From assembly GCA_041394685.1 (NCBI GenBank), contig JAWKHU010000034.1:150827-214826 (forward strand): a stretch of DNA of 64,000 nt. Reading direction: 5' to 3'. Source of the DNA: Vicinamibacterales bacterium (GTDB lineage Bacteria; Acidobacteriota; Vicinamibacteria; Vicinamibacterales; UBA2999). The notes under the pieces are model-generated. The model was not told the DNA's origin and did not search any database. It saw only the letters and a program-made list of their open reading frames with translations. This document shows positions 48,508 through 59,658 of this stretch, piece after piece; position 1 is the first letter of the stretch, and the number at the start of each line of letters is the position of its first letter. The position numbers and the translations under genes were made by a program.

Positions 48508-51433
48508 ATGGCGTTTGGCGCGCGGCTCTCATCCTTGCTTCGAGTCTTGTCTTCACGCTGAGCAGCACGGCTGTCGCACAGCAGCGTGGCGTGGTCTCGG
48601 GGCGTGTGTTCGATCCGGCGGGCCTGACCCTGCCCGGCGCGACGGTCGTGGTGACCAACGAAGCCACCGGCTTCACGCGCGAGGCGGTCACGGCCGAGAA
48701 CGGCGCCTACTGGTGCCCAATCTCGAGCCGGGCACCTACGCGGTCACGGTGACGATGACGGGATCGGGACCGCATCGCGCACGGCCTCCAGCTCCTCCCC
48801 GGCGCCACCGTCACGCTCGAGCTCAAGATGCAGGTGGCCGCGTCGAGGAGAACCTCGTCGTCACCGCCGAGTCACCGCTGGTCGAGCGGTCGAGCAACCA
48901 GATTGGCGGCAGCCTGTCGAGGCGCGAGATCGAGGAAGTCCCCCTCGAACTTCCGCAACTTCACCGGGCTGACGCAGCTCATCCCCGGCATGACGCCCAA
49001 CCCGGCGCAGTCGACCTTCGAAGGCGGCGGTGGTGGCCAACGGGTCGCCGTCCCAGCAGAACGTCTGCCTGCTCGACGGCATACAACAACGACGATCGCC
49101 CTCGGCGGCAGCCAGGACGCGGTGCGCGTGGTGCTCGACAACATCGAGGGGCCCAGGTGCTGGCCAACCAGTACAGCGCGAGTGCGGCAGCGGCGCCGGC
49201 GCCATCATCAACATGGTGACGCGTGGCGGCACCAACGCCCTTCGCGGCCGCGCCTACTCGTACTTCCGCGACGATGCGCTGAACTCGCGCGCCATCTTCC
49301 TGCCTGACGACCAGCCCAAGCCGCCCGAGCGCACGCTGCAGGCCGGCTTCGGCCTCGGGGGCCCGATCGTCCGGAACCGCGCGCACTTTTACTTCACCTA
49401 CGAGCGGGACAACGAAGACCTGGCCGGCCAGAAGAACTTCCCGGCTGCGGCGGCGCCACTGGCCGTCGACCAGGTCGGGTTCTTCACCGTGCGCGCCAAC
49501 AACTACTTCGCACGCGGCGACCTCCAGCTCGACGACCGCAACTTCCTCTCAACGTGCGCTGGCTGCTCGAGACCGCCGCGTCGCGCGGGGAGGGCTTCAA
49601 CACCAACAACGAGACGCCGGATGCGCGCGTCTGGGAGAGCGACTGGGATCACCTCATCAGCGGGACCTACACCAGCGTGCTCACCGACCGGCTGTCCAGC
49701 GTCACGCGCTTCGGCCGCATCGGCGAGAGCTGACCACGGCGCCCGAGGGCTTCTTCAACGACAGCGGCGAGGCGGTCGGCTTCGACGGCCGCGATCCGTT
49801 CTCGATCGGCCAGAGAAACGTCCACCCCAGCTACATCACGGGCACGGGCGGCAGCGGCCCGACCACCGTGATCCGCACCTGGGTGCTCGACCAGGCGTTC
49901 AGCTACTTCGTGCCCCAGCTGCTGGGTGGCGAGCACACGTTCAAGTTCGGCGGCGGCGTCAGCCTCAACAACATGGATCCGCGGTCGACGTTCGACTCCG
50001 GCACCTTCCAGTTCCGCACCGACGCGCCCTACAACCCCGCTGATCCGTCCACCTACCTGTTCCAGTTCGACGTGACCGTCGGCCCGCAGGACCGTACGGC
50101 TATGCGGTGACGTCCAAGGACGTCCGGCGCTACGCCTTCGTCGAGGACAAGTGGAGCGCGGCCGGTAACCTCACCCTGACCCTGGGCCTGCGCTGGGACA
50201 ACCATCGCCAGACGCCGAACCACGACACGGCGTTCGCGCCTCGCGCGGGGTTCGCGTGGGACGTGTTCGGCTCCGGCCGCACCGTCGTCCGCGGCGGCGT
50301 CGGCAAGTTCTACGCGTATGTGCCCGTCGTGCACGACCTCACGCTCAAGCAGAGCGCCGTGCGCACGCTCTTCCCCAGCATCTCGGTCAACGCGGCGAAC
50401 CCGCTGGCCAGCGTGATCCTGGCGCCGGATCTGATCACGGACACGCAGGGCAACCTCGGCGTGGCACAGCTGTCGCCGGCCGGGCAGGCGGCGCTCAACC
50501 TGCTGCGCGATCAGGTGATTGCCGGGTCCGCGTTCAACCGCAATCCGCGCATCGACAGCCCGGACCGCCGGATGCCGCATACGTGGTCCTGGAGCGCCGG
50601 TGTCAGCCAGGAGCTCTTCCGGCAGATGGCCCTGTCGGTGGACTACGTCGCCAATGCCTCGCGCGACCAGCTCGGCGTCGTCGACATCAACGAACCCGTC
50701 AACGGTGTCCGGCCCGGCGTGGCGGTCTTCGACCCGAACGGGACGCTCATCCCGGCTGAAGCGCGTGACGTCAACTTCCTGCGCGTGCTGCAGTCGCAGA
50801 CCAACCCGCTCTTCAACGGCGACTACAAGTCGCTCCAGGTGTCGCTGGTGAAGCGCATGGCCAACCGGTGGAGCGGCCGCGTCGCCTACACGGTCCAGCG
50901 CAGCAACTACGTCGGCACCGGCAACCCGGACGCCCGCCGCGTGTGGCTCGACAACGACATTCGTGCCGACTACGGCCGGTTCCAGTTCAACCGCACGCAC
51001 GTGTTCGCCGGCAGCGCCAGCGTCAACCCCTGGCGGTCGCTGACCATTGCCACGGTGATCAGCGCCATCAGCGGCGCGCCCATCAACGAGACGGTCGGTC
51101 GTGACGTCAACGGCGACCTCGACAACAACGATCGTCCCATCGCGGGCGTGGACGACCTGAACATGGCCATCCGCTCGCCACTGGACAGCCAGGGTCGCGC
51201 GGTCATCTTCGGGCTCGACGGCCCCGGCTCGTTCACCGTGGACCTCTCGGCCCGCTACCAGCTCCCGCTGGGCGGACGGCTCGAGAGCCTGGACCTGTTC
51301 TTCGACGTGTTCAACATCTTCAATCGGCTCAACGAGGTGGCGCCCACCGGCAACCGCCAGTCGCCCAACTTCCTGGTGGCGACCTCGGCGAACTTCCCGC
51401 GCCAGTCGCAGATTGGCCTGCGCCTCCTTCTGA
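48508..51433 (+). CDS. TonB-dependent receptor-like outer-membrane protein with an N-terminal CarboxypepD_reg domain (many frame breaks)
   Basis: GAAGGAG Shine-Dalgarno then ATG 48508. Signal 'ALILASSLVFTLSSTAVAQQ', 'GVVSGRVFDPAGLTLPGATVVVTNEATGFTREAVTAENGAY', beta-barrel segments in ORFs 49030.. and 50107.., and a terminal 'QIGLRL(S/L)F*' after a 1-nt correction. Confidence 0.75.
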
Positions 51434-51448
51434 GGAGGGACCGATGGT

Positions 51449-52380
51449 ATGACACGCGTGCTTCGCGGCGGTGGTGACGGCGCTCCTGGCAAGCGCCGTT
51501 CCGGCCTTGGCCCAGATGGAACTGGGCGTCATCAGGGGCGGGTGGTCGATCAGGACAGGAAGCCGATCGACGGGGTCACGATCCGCCTCGTGAACATCGA
51601 TCGCGGGCGCGAGGTGACGCTGAAGACGGACAAGGACGGCCGCTTCTATCGCCGCGCCCTCCAGGCCGTCGAGTACAGATGACCGTCGAGCGCGACGGCT
51701 ACCAGTCGATCAGCGACACCATCAAGCTCGTCGCCGGCACGGATCGGGACTTCGACTTCACGCTGGCGAAAGCCGCCGCCGGGCTCGAAGGAGCTCAGGC
51801 CGGCGTCGAGGCCTTCAACGCCGGCCGCTTCCAGGATGCGGCCGGGCAGTTCGAAGCCGCCATCGCGCAGTCGCCGTCCGTCCCCGCGCTGCACGTGAAC
51901 CTCGCCATGGCCTACCTCCGGTTGAACCGGCTGCCCGACGCGGTGGCCAGCCTGGAGAAAGCGGCCTCGCTCGGCTCCAACGATCCCGCGGTCCAGTACC
52001 AGCTCGGCAGCGCCTACGTGGACATGCAGGAGTACGACAAGGCGGCGGCCGCACTGGAGAAAGGGCTCGCGAAGGCCCCCGACCTTGGCACCGATGTCCT
52101 CGCGCGGCAGGCGGCGTCCACACTGGGCGCCGTGTACTTCGCGCAGGGGAAGGTGGCCGACGCCGAACGCCAGTTCCAGCGCGTGCTGGCCGCCAGTGCC
52201 GGTGACGCCGGCGCGACGCTGGGGATGGCCAAGGTCCACTTCAGCAAGGGCGAGGTGGACCAGGCGCTGAAGCTGTTCGAGCAGGTGGCCGCGCAGCACC
52301 CGGGTACGCCGGAGGCAACGCAGGCGGCCACGTTCATCAAGGAACTTCGCAAGGACCCTGCGGAAGGAGGCCGGCCGTGA
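51449..52380 (+). CDS. Secreted CarboxypepD_reg-like domain plus TPR repeat protein (frame breaks in the first ~240 nt)
   Basis: Signal 'FAAVVTALLASAVPALAQ', 'RVVDQDRKPIDGVTIRLVNIDRGREVTLKTDKDGRFY', then ORF 51679..52380 with TPR-like repeats. Confidence 0.65.
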
Positions 52381-53498
52381 GCAAGCACCTGGGAATCGCC
52401 TGTGTATCCGTGGCCCTGCTGGCGGCGGGCGTCGTCATCGCGCAGGAAAAGGGCGGGGGCGACGAGACCGGGCCCTACCAGCTCGTCGAAGGCTGGCCGA
52501 AGAACTACTGCGGCGACGGCTTCGTCATCGGGTCCACGGCCGGCATCTGGGCCGAGAGTCCGGATCGCGTCTACATCTTCAATCGCGGCTGCCTGCCGGC
52601 CGTGTCCGACAGCCGCGGGGCGGCCGAGAGCTTCATCCCGGCCCGCAATGCCTCCGGCTTCGACATGTCGCAGAAGGACCCCGCGCGTCATCCGCGCTGG
52701 GACCACGTCTTCAACGTCGTGGACGGGCAGGGCAACCTGATCGAGTCGTGGGATCAGCACAACGACAAGTTCGTCCGCCCCCACCGCGTGCTCGTCAACC
52801 CCTACGACAGCGATCGCCACGTCTGGCTCGTTGACGACGGTGCGCACGCCATCTACAAGTTCACGCGTGACGGCAAGCAGCTGGTGATGACGGTGGGCAC
52901 CCCGAAGCAGCCGGGCGACGACGAGACGCACTTCAACCGGCCGACGGACATCGCCTGGCTGCCGGACGGGACGTTCTTCGTCAGCGACGGCTACGTCAAC
53001 ACGCGGGTCGTCAAGTTCGACAAGGACGGCAAGTTCCTCATGACGTGGGGACAGAAGGGCAACGAGCCCAACGAGACGCGCCCGGGCTACATGAACACCG
53101 TGCACGCCATCGCCATCGACGCGAAGCGCCGCCTCTACATCAGCGACCGCTCGAACTCGCGCATCCAGGTGTTCGACGAGAACGGCAAGTTCCTCGACGC
53201 GTGGCCCAACGTGCGGCGGCCCTACTCGCTGCTGCTGACCGAGGACCAGTACCTGTGGGTGGCCGACGGCACGACTCAGAAGTTCACGAAGTTCGACCTG
53301 ACCGGCCGGCTCCTGTACTCGTGGGGCACGTTCGGCGCGTTCCCGGGCGGCTTCTGGGGCGTCCATCAGTTCCACACCGACAGCGACGGCCACCTCTACA
53401 CCGCGGACGTCCACGTCGGGCGGCCGCAGAAGTTCCGCCCGAAGCCGGGTGCCGATCCGGCGCACCTCATCGGCCGCTACATGTCGGCGACGCACTGA
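52377..53498 (+). CDS. NHL-repeat beta-propeller protein (peptidyl-alpha-hydroxyglycine lyase-like), secreted
   Basis: Intact 373 aa with 'FNRPTDIAWLPDGTFFVSDGYVNTRVVKFDKDGKFL', 'HAIAIDAKRRLYISDRSNSRIQVFDENGKFL' and 'GVHQFHTDSDGHLYTADV'. Confidence 0.75.
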   Translation: MSKHLGIACVSVALLAAGVVIAQEKGGGDETGPYQLVEGWPKNYCGDGFVIGSTAGIWAESPDRVYIFNRGCLPAVSDSRGAAESFIPARNASGFDMSQKDPARHPRWDHVFNVVDGQGNLIESWDQHNDKFVRPHRVLVNPYDSDRHVWLVDDGAHAIYKFTRDGKQLVMTVGTPKQPGDDETHFNRPTDIAWLPDGTFFVSDGYVNTRVVKFDKDGKFLMTWGQKGNEPNETRPGYMNTVHAIAIDAKRRLYISDRSNSRIQVFDENGKFLDAWPNVRRPYSLLLTEDQYLWVADGTTQKFTKFDLTGRLLYSWGTFGAFPGGFWGVHQFHTDSDGHLYTADVHVGRPQKFRPKPGADPAHLIGRYMSATH

Positions 53499-53635
53499 CA
53501 GGGCGTGCCGTCCCGCCGAGTGGGGCGGCACCGTCGTCCACCGATCGGACCCCCCGTTGTCACGCGCGCGGGCAGCGCGCCACCGCCCGGTGCGGCGGAC
53601 CGGTCACGTGAGTTGATGGGGTAGAGGAGCCCGCC

Positions 53636-54907
53636 ATGCGCCTACCGTCGAGGCTGATGCTCGTGCTGCCGGCCACCCTGGCCGCCGCCGTCCTGTCGTT
53701 GTCGAGCTGTGGCGCGCCTCCCGCAGAGGCACCAGGTGCGGAGGCGCGGCCGGCCGCTGCCCCGCCGGCCGAGAAGGGGGGCCAGGAGGAGTTCGGGCCG
53801 TACGAGGTGGTGGCCGACTGGCCGCAGCCGCTCCCAGACGGTGCCGACGGCGTCACCCACGAGGGCTGGACCTGGGGATCCGTCGGTGCGGTGTTCGCCG
53901 AGTCTCCGGACCGCGTCTGGATCGCGCAGCGCGGCGAGCTGCCGCTGCCCGCCCGCGCGGAGCCCTGGACGCCCTACGCCCTCCTCTCACCGTCGCGCGG
54001 CAACGCCACCGGCAACGACGATGGGCTGAGCGCGACGTGCGAGCCGACCGCCAAACGCGGATGGGAGCGCCGCTATCACCACGTCATCTTCGCCGTCGAT
54101 CGCGACGGCCGCATGGTGGAGTCGTGGCCCCAGCACGATGCGCTCTTCGATATGCGATGCGGGCGCGGTCCCCACAAGATCAAGATGAGCCCCTACGATC
54201 CCGACCGCCACATCTGGGTGTTCGACGACCAGCTGCACGTCATCCACAAGTTCACCCACGACGGCGAACTGGTCATGACCCTCGGCACCAGGGGCGAGCG
54301 GGGCCGCGACGGCGGCCGGCTGTTCGACCGGCCGACCGACATCGCGTGGCTGCCCGACGGGACGTTCTTCATCAGCGACGGCTACGGTGGCACGCGCGTG
54401 GCGAAGTTCGACAAGGACGGGACCTTCATCATGGACTGGGGGACGCCGCCCGTCGATGCCGCCAATCCCGGGCCCAACGAATGGAACACGGTGCACAGCA
54501 TCGCGATCAGCGACGACCGGCGCCTGTTCGTCGTGGACCGCGGGCATCGCCGGATCCAGGTGTTCGACGAGAACGGCAAGTTCCTCGACATGTGGAGCAC
54601 CGGCGTGCGGTCGTCGCCGTACGCGCACTACATCTCGACCGACCAGTACCTGTGGGTGGCGGACGGGGGCACGATGCGCATGCTCAAATACGACCTCGAC
54701 GGCCACTTCCTCTACGGCTGGGGCGGGCCGGGCGGCCAGCCGGGCCAGTTCAACGGTCCGCACTCGCTGACGGTGGACCAGGAGAGCAACCTCTACGTGG
54801 CCGAGGTGTTCGGGGGGCGCGTGCAGAAGTTCCGCCCGAAGCCCGGCGCCGATCCCGCGAAGCTCATGGGGCCGGAACCGCGCTACACCTCCGGAGCGAC
54901 GCGTTGA
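53636..54907 (+). CDS. NHL-repeat beta-propeller protein, tandem paralogue
   Basis: Intact 423 aa with 'FDRPTDIAWLPDGTFFISDGYGGTRVAKFDKDGTFI', 'HSIAISDDRRLFVVDRGHRRIQVFDENGKFL' and the same C-terminal 'VQKFRPKPGADPAKL'. Confidence 0.75.
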   Translation: MRLPSRLMLVLPATLAAAVLSLSSCGAPPAEAPGAEARPAAAPPAEKGGQEEFGPYEVVADWPQPLPDGADGVTHEGWTWGSVGAVFAESPDRVWIAQRGELPLPARAEPWTPYALLSPSRGNATGNDDGLSATCEPTAKRGWERRYHHVIFAVDRDGRMVESWPQHDALFDMRCGRGPHKIKMSPYDPDRHIWVFDDQLHVIHKFTHDGELVMTLGTRGERGRDGGRLFDRPTDIAWLPDGTFFISDGYGGTRVAKFDKDGTFIMDWGTPPVDAANPGPNEWNTVHSIAISDDRRLFVVDRGHRRIQVFDENGKFLDMWSTGVRSSPYAHYISTDQYLWVADGGTMRMLKYDLDGHFLYGWGGPGGQPGQFNGPHSLTVDQESNLYVAEVFGGRVQKFRPKPGADPAKLMGPEPRYTSGATR

Positions 54908-54997
54908 GGAACGGACCGTACGCTCGCGCTGGCGCGGCCGGCGAGCCTTGACACACCCGCGCGCGCGGGCGTAACGTCCGCCTGCCCACGTCCTGCC

Positions 54998-56663
54998 ATG
55001 CGGATCTCGCGCTTCTTCCGGCGACCGCAACCGATGGTCCTGGCCATCGTGGCCACCATCGGCGCCACGGGACTGGTCCTCTACCTGCAGCACCGCTCGA
55101 TCACGGCGCTCAGGTCGCAGACCGAGGTGATCCTCCGGCAGGTCAGCAACAATGCGGCCGCGGAGATTGCGGTCGAGCTGCGCCGGGTCATGGACGGCCC
55201 GGTCTTCGACACGCTCACCGCGGTCAACCACCCGGAACTGCGCGAGGGCCGGCTCGACCTCGTGGCCGACCACTACGCCAAGGGGCTCGTCGCCTACCCG
55301 CACGTCGATCGCTTCTTCGTCTGGAACGAGGACACCGAGCGCCGCTCGCCGGGGGAGGCGGTCTTCTTCGGGCGGAGCGGGCAGTTCGCGCGCGATCCCG
55401 CTCTCGGCCGCGCCATCATGGCCCTGGCGCGCAAGTATCGGCCGACACAGCACATCTACGTCGCGGCCGAAGGGCTGGGCGACGAGGGGCAATACCAGGC
55501 GTTCCTGCGCCTGTTCTGGACCGACGCGCGGCGCGTCGAGTACTTCGCCGTGCTGGGGTTCGTCGTCGATCGGACGGCGCTGCAGGGGCGGCTGTTCGAC
55601 GAGGCCGGCGTCGCGAGGCTCGAGGCGCTGCTCGCGCGCCAGGAGGGCGACGTGCCGCTGCAGTTCCGCGTCACCGACGAGACCGGCGCCGTCGTCTGCG
55701 ACACGCTGTCCGAGGAGGCCGTCCGCAGCACCACCCCGGTGGACATGCTCTTCTATCCGGTCAACGACATCCGCTCGCGCCTGGCGGCGGGCGTTGACCC
55801 GCGGCAGTGGACCATCGAGGTCGGCGCGCCGCTGCTGGGCGGCACCTTCGCGGGGGTGAGCGGGGGATATGGCCCGACGCTGCTGTCGGTGGTGCTGATG
55901 ATGGTGGCCCTCGCGCTGACGCTGCAGGCGAGCCGCCGTGCCGCGGACCTGGCACGGATGCAGGCGGACTTCGTCTCGCACGTCTCGCACCAGCTCAAGA
56001 CGCCGCTCTCGCTGCTCAGCACGGCGGCGGAGACGCTGCACCTGGACCGCGTCCGCTCGCCGGAGAAGTTCGCCTCCTACCTGGAGACGATCCGCACCGA
56101 GGTGTCGCGCCTGTCGATGCTGGTGCAGCGCGTGCTGGAGTTCTCCAGGCTGCAGCAGCGCAGCTTCGAGTTCGAGGCGGTGGACCTGCCGGCCCGGCCC
56201 GGGAGACGGTGGCGGCCTTCGCGCGCGGCCTGCCGGACCGGCGCTTCCGCTTCACCGGCGGCGGCGCCGGCCCCGTGATCGTGTGCGCCGATCCAGCGGC
56301 GCTGGAGCAGGCGCTCGCCAACCTGCTGGACAACGCCGTCAAGTGCTCCGAGGCTGACACCGAGGTCGTCGTCCGGACGTTCGCGGACCTGCGGACCGCG
56401 ACCATGGAGGTCGTCGATCGCGGTGCGGGCATCGACCCGGCAGACCAGGCGCGCGTGTTCGACCGGTTCTATCGCGGCACGGCAGGCACGTGCCGGCCGG
56501 GCTTCAGGCTCGGTCTCACCATCGTTCGCGACCTGATCCAGGCGCGGGGCGTGGTCGAACTGCAGAGCGTGCGCGGCATCGGCACGACGTTCCGGATCAG
56601 GCTGCCGCGCAGCCGGCCGAACGGGCGCCGGCGCGCGCCGACATCCGGGAGGACGTCGCATGA
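54998..56663 (+). CDS. Sensor histidine kinase (frameshift near 56190 and another near 56600)
   Basis: H-box 'FVSHVSHQLKTPLSLL', N-box 'ALANLLDNAVKCS', 'VVDRGAGIDPADQARVFDRFYRG' and 'GLGLTIVRDLIQ'-like 'RLGLTIVRDL'. TGA 56661..56663 is reached after a 1-nt correction. Confidence 0.75.
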
Positions 56664-57362
56664 TTCGCGAGGTGGTGCGTCACGATCGGTGCGGCACGTC
56701 ATGGTCATCGAGGACGAGCCGCAGATGCGGTCGATGCTCATCGACAACCTCGAGTTCGAGGGCTACAAGGTGACCGCGGTCTCGTCTGGCGAGGAAGCGC
56801 TCAGCGCCTTTGCGCGCGACGCCTTCGCGCTGCTGCTCGTGGACGTGATGCTGCCGGGCATGAGCGGCTTCGACGTGTGCCAGCGCCTGCGCGAGCGCGG
56901 CGCGGGCGTCCCGATCATCGTGCTGACGGCCAGGGCGCACGAGCGCGACCGCGTGCGGGGCCTCGACCTCGGGGCCGACGACTACGTGAGCAAGCCCTTC
57001 AGCGTGCGCGAGCTCCTCGCGCGCGTCCGCGCCAGTGCGCCGTGACGACCGCAGCCTGATGGAAGGCGACCAGTTCGCCTTCGGCGACGTGGTGGTCAAG
57101 CTGCGGCAGCGGCTGGTGACACGGCGCGGCCACCGGGTGGCGCTCTCGGCGAGAGAGTTCGAACTGCTGCGGTATCTCTTCGTACCGCAACGAAGTGGTC
57201 AGCCGCGAGCAGCTGCTGCGCGACGTCTGGGGCTACCACGAGCTGGCGATCACCCGGACCGTGGACAACTACATCGCCAAGCTGCGGAACCACCTCGAGC
57301 CCGGCCCCACGACCCCGCTTCATCGTCACCGTGCACGGCAGCGGTACCAGCTGCTCATCTGA
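56660..57362 (+). CDS. OmpR/PhoB-family response regulator (frame breaks)
   Basis: GGGAGGA Shine-Dalgarno, and ATG 56660 overlapping the kinase TGA. 'VMVIEDEPQMRSMLIDNLEFEGYKV...LLLVDVMLPGMSGFDVCQRLR...IIVLTARAHERDRVRGLDLGADDYVSKPFSVRELLARV'. The winged-helix part is 'LSAREFELLRYLF...REQLLRDVWGY...RTVDNYIAKLR'. Confidence 0.8.
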
Positions 57363-57382
57363 GCGCGGCAAGGCCCGGCACT

Positions 57383-58423
57383 CTAGCCGTTGCGCCCTCC
57401 GTGCTCTTCGTGCCCTTCGTGCCCTCCGTGCCCTTCGTGCACTTCGTGGCTCAGTTCGGCGGCGCTGACGGTCGCCGCGCCGAACCGGCCGACGACGATG
57501 CCGGCGGCGACGTTGGCGAGGCCGGCGGCCTCGGCGATCCCGGCCCCGGCGGCCATGGCGAGCGCCAGCGTGGCGATGACGGTGTCGCCCGCGCCGGTCA
57601 CGTCCGAGACCTCGCGCGCCGCGGCGGCAAGCGATCCCTCGCCATCCGCGTGGCTGAGCCACATGCCGCGCTCGCCGAGCGTGACGAGCACCCCCTCGAC
57701 GCCCGCGCGGCTCAGCAGCGACCGCGCGACCTCACGCGCATCGTCCACCGTGCGGATGCGGCGCCCGGCGGCGGCCTCCGCCTCCATCTGGTTGGGCGTG
57801 ACCAGGGTGGCGCCCCGGTAGAAGTCCAGGTGCGGCACCTTGGGATCCACGAGCAGGGGGATGCCGGCGTCGGTTGACCGGGCCACCAGGTGCGCCATGA
57901 CGCGCCGGGTGACGACGCCCTTCTGGTAGTCGGAGACGAGCAGGGCGCCCGCACCGTCGGTGTCCGTCCACCACCGCCATGATGGCGTCCTCGGCCTCGG
58001 TCCCGAGGTCCGCGTCCGTCTCGTAGTCGATGCGGGCCACCTGCTGGTTGCGCGTCGTGACGATGCGGGCCTTGGAGTGGTGCGGCGGTCGGGGACCGTG
58101 ACCAGGCCTGACGTCGAAGCCCGGCGGCCGTCATGGCCTCCGACAGCCGCGACGTCGTCGTCCTCGCCGACGACGCCCACGAGCGTGGCATGGCCGCCGA
58201 GCGCGGCGATGTTGTGGGCGACGTTGGCGGCGCCGCCGAGGCGGTAGTCGTCGTGGTCGTAGACAACGACCGGAACCGGGGCTTCCGGCGAGATGCGGCT
58301 GACGCGCCCGACGAGGAACCGATCGAGCATGACGTCGCCGATGACGAGGACGCGGCCGGCCGGGAACTGGCCGATCAGGCGGGTGGCGCGCGCCGGATCG
58401 AGCGCGGGCAGCGTCGGGCCCAT
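57383..58423 (-). CDS. hldA: D-glycero-beta-D-manno-heptose-7-phosphate kinase (RfaE domain I type, pfkB family); internal compensated frame breaks; His/Glu/Gly tail
   Basis: 'VLVIGDVMLDRFLVGRVSRISPEAPVPVV...RLGGAANVAHNIAALGG', 'LLVDPK', 'LVTPNQMEAE' and 'DVTGAGDTVIATLALAMAAG'. The tail is 'HEVHEGHGGHEGHEEHGG'. Confidence 0.8.
   Translation of the reverse strand: MGPTLPALDPARATRLIGQFPAGRVLVIGDVMLDRFLVGRVSRISPEAPVPVVVYDHDDYRLGGAANVAHNIAALGGHATLVGVVGEDDDVAAVGGHDGRRASTSGLVTVPDRRTTPRPASSRRATSRWPASTTRRTRTSGPRPRTPSWRWWTDTDGAGALLVSDYQKGVVTRRVMAHLVARSTDAGIPLLVDPKVPHLDFYRGATLVTPNQMEAEAAAGRRIRTVDDAREVARSLLSRAGVEGVLVTLGERGMWLSHADGEGSLAAAAREVSDVTGAGDTVIATLALAMAAGAGIAEAAGLANVAAGIVVGRFGAATVSAAELSHEVHEGHGGHEGHEEHGGRNG
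57394..57450. repeat. CCCTTCGTG-type 9-nt microsatellite. It is G-rich CACGAAGGG on the minus, sense strand of the heptose kinase gene and encodes its C-terminal tail.
   Basis: 'gccctccgtgctcttcgtgcccttcgtgccctccgtgcccttcgtgcacttcgtggc'. Confidence 0.9.
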
Positions 58424-59595
58424 CACGCCGGACGACGGTCGCGTGCCGCGGCGAACGGCAAGGTGACGAGCACGAGGAGCAGCATGAGGAACTCGGAGTC
58501 GCCGAAGTTGTATTCGGACATCCCGGCCGCGAGCATCGCGACCATGGCGCCCAGGCCGGCGGCCGCGAGCGGGCGGACGCCGCTGTACCGGCGCAGCCGC
58601 CAGAGCCCCCAGAGCGCCGCGCCGACGAAGGCGGTCCAGGCCGCCAGGGCGGGCAACCCGCGCTCGGCCGCGACCTGCATCGGCACGTTGTGCAGGTGCG
58701 GGTTGTGTGCCTGGACGGCGGCAGCGGTCCGATAGTCCGGGTAGAGCGGTCCGACCATGTCGGGACCGACGCCGGTGAGCGGATGGTCGCGCACCATGGC
58801 GACGCCGGCCTGCAGCATCGCGACACGGTCCCGGGTCGTCGGGTCGTTCATGTCGCCGATGGAGTTGACGCGGTCGGTGAGCTCCTGAGGCGCCACGACG
58901 AGCACGACGGCGGCGGCGAGCGGAATGAGCGCCGTGAGGCGGACGTCCTTGATGACGAAGAGCACGGCGGTGCCGGCGGCCGCGCCAATCCAGGCGCCGC
59001 GGGTCAGCGTGAGCGCGAGCGACACCAGCAGCGCCGGCAGCACCAGCGCGGCCCACAGCCGCTCGCGCGAGCCGTAGAGGAGGCGCGCGACGCTGGCGCA
59101 GATGACGAGCATCAGCGTGCCCGAGTAGGTCATCCAGTGCGAGAGGGTGCCCTGCGTGCGGCGGCCGAGATTGTCGTAGTTGAGCACGCCGTACTGCACG
59201 ATGCCGATGAAGGCACTCGCGGCGCCCACCGAGATGATGACGCTCAGGACCGTGTCAGCGCGTTCGCCCCGGGCGAAGTCGTAGACGATCGGGATGAGGA
59301 GCAGGAGGAACAGCTGCTTGCAGTCCACGACGCTGATGGCGGGGTCGGCGGAGAAGCCAGCCGACAGCAGCGTGAGGGCGGCATAGGCCGCGAGCGGCCA
59401 GAAGAACGCCGGCGCCTCGAGGCGTTCGGCGCGCGAGATGTGCAGCCCCAGCCAGCAGAGCGCCGCGACCGCCAGCAGGATCTGCGCGGCCGCGATGGAG
59501 AACTGCATCGTCGCGGCGACGCCCAGCAGGGCGCCGACGCCGGCCAGTTCCACGCGATCGCGCGGCAGGGACGCAGACAGGGGCACGGACACCAT
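58423..59595 (-). CDS. O-antigen ligase (Wzy_C/WaaL) family membrane protein
   Basis: Intact 390 aa, polytopic, with 'LTLTRGAWIGAAAGTAVLF' and 'AHNPHLHNVPMQVAAERGLP'. Its TGA overlaps the hldA ATG (TGATG). Confidence 0.8.
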   Translation of the reverse strand: MVSVPLSASLPRDRVELAGVGALLGVAATMQFSIAAAQILLAVAALCWLGLHISRAERLEAPAFFWPLAAYAALTLLSAGFSADPAISVVDCKQLFLLLLIPIVYDFARGERADTVLSVIISVGAASAFIGIVQYGVLNYDNLGRRTQGTLSHWMTYSGTLMLVICASVARLLYGSRERLWAALVLPALLVSLALTLTRGAWIGAAAGTAVLFVIKDVRLTALIPLAAAVVLVVAPQELTDRVNSIGDMNDPTTRDRVAMLQAGVAMVRDHPLTGVGPDMVGPLYPDYRTAAAVQAHNPHLHNVPMQVAAERGLPALAAWTAFVGAALWGLWRLRRYSGVRPLAAAGLGAMVAMLAAGMSEYNFGDSEFLMLLLVLVTLPFAAARDRRPA

Positions 59596-59658
59596 GGCCT
59601 CGGACGTTTCAGCTTATCGCAGCGCCCCCGCCCCGGGATCAGATCTTGGCGGGCGCCG

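Noticed and set aside
55807-57045. A hybrid histidine kinase-response regulator fusion, suggested by the single ORF 55807..57045 spanning both domains.
   Set aside because: A 1-nt shift restores a kinase stop (TGA 56661..56663) overlapping an ATG (56660) preceded by GGGAGGA, the usual coupled HK/RR arrangement. The apparent fusion is most likely an indel artefact.
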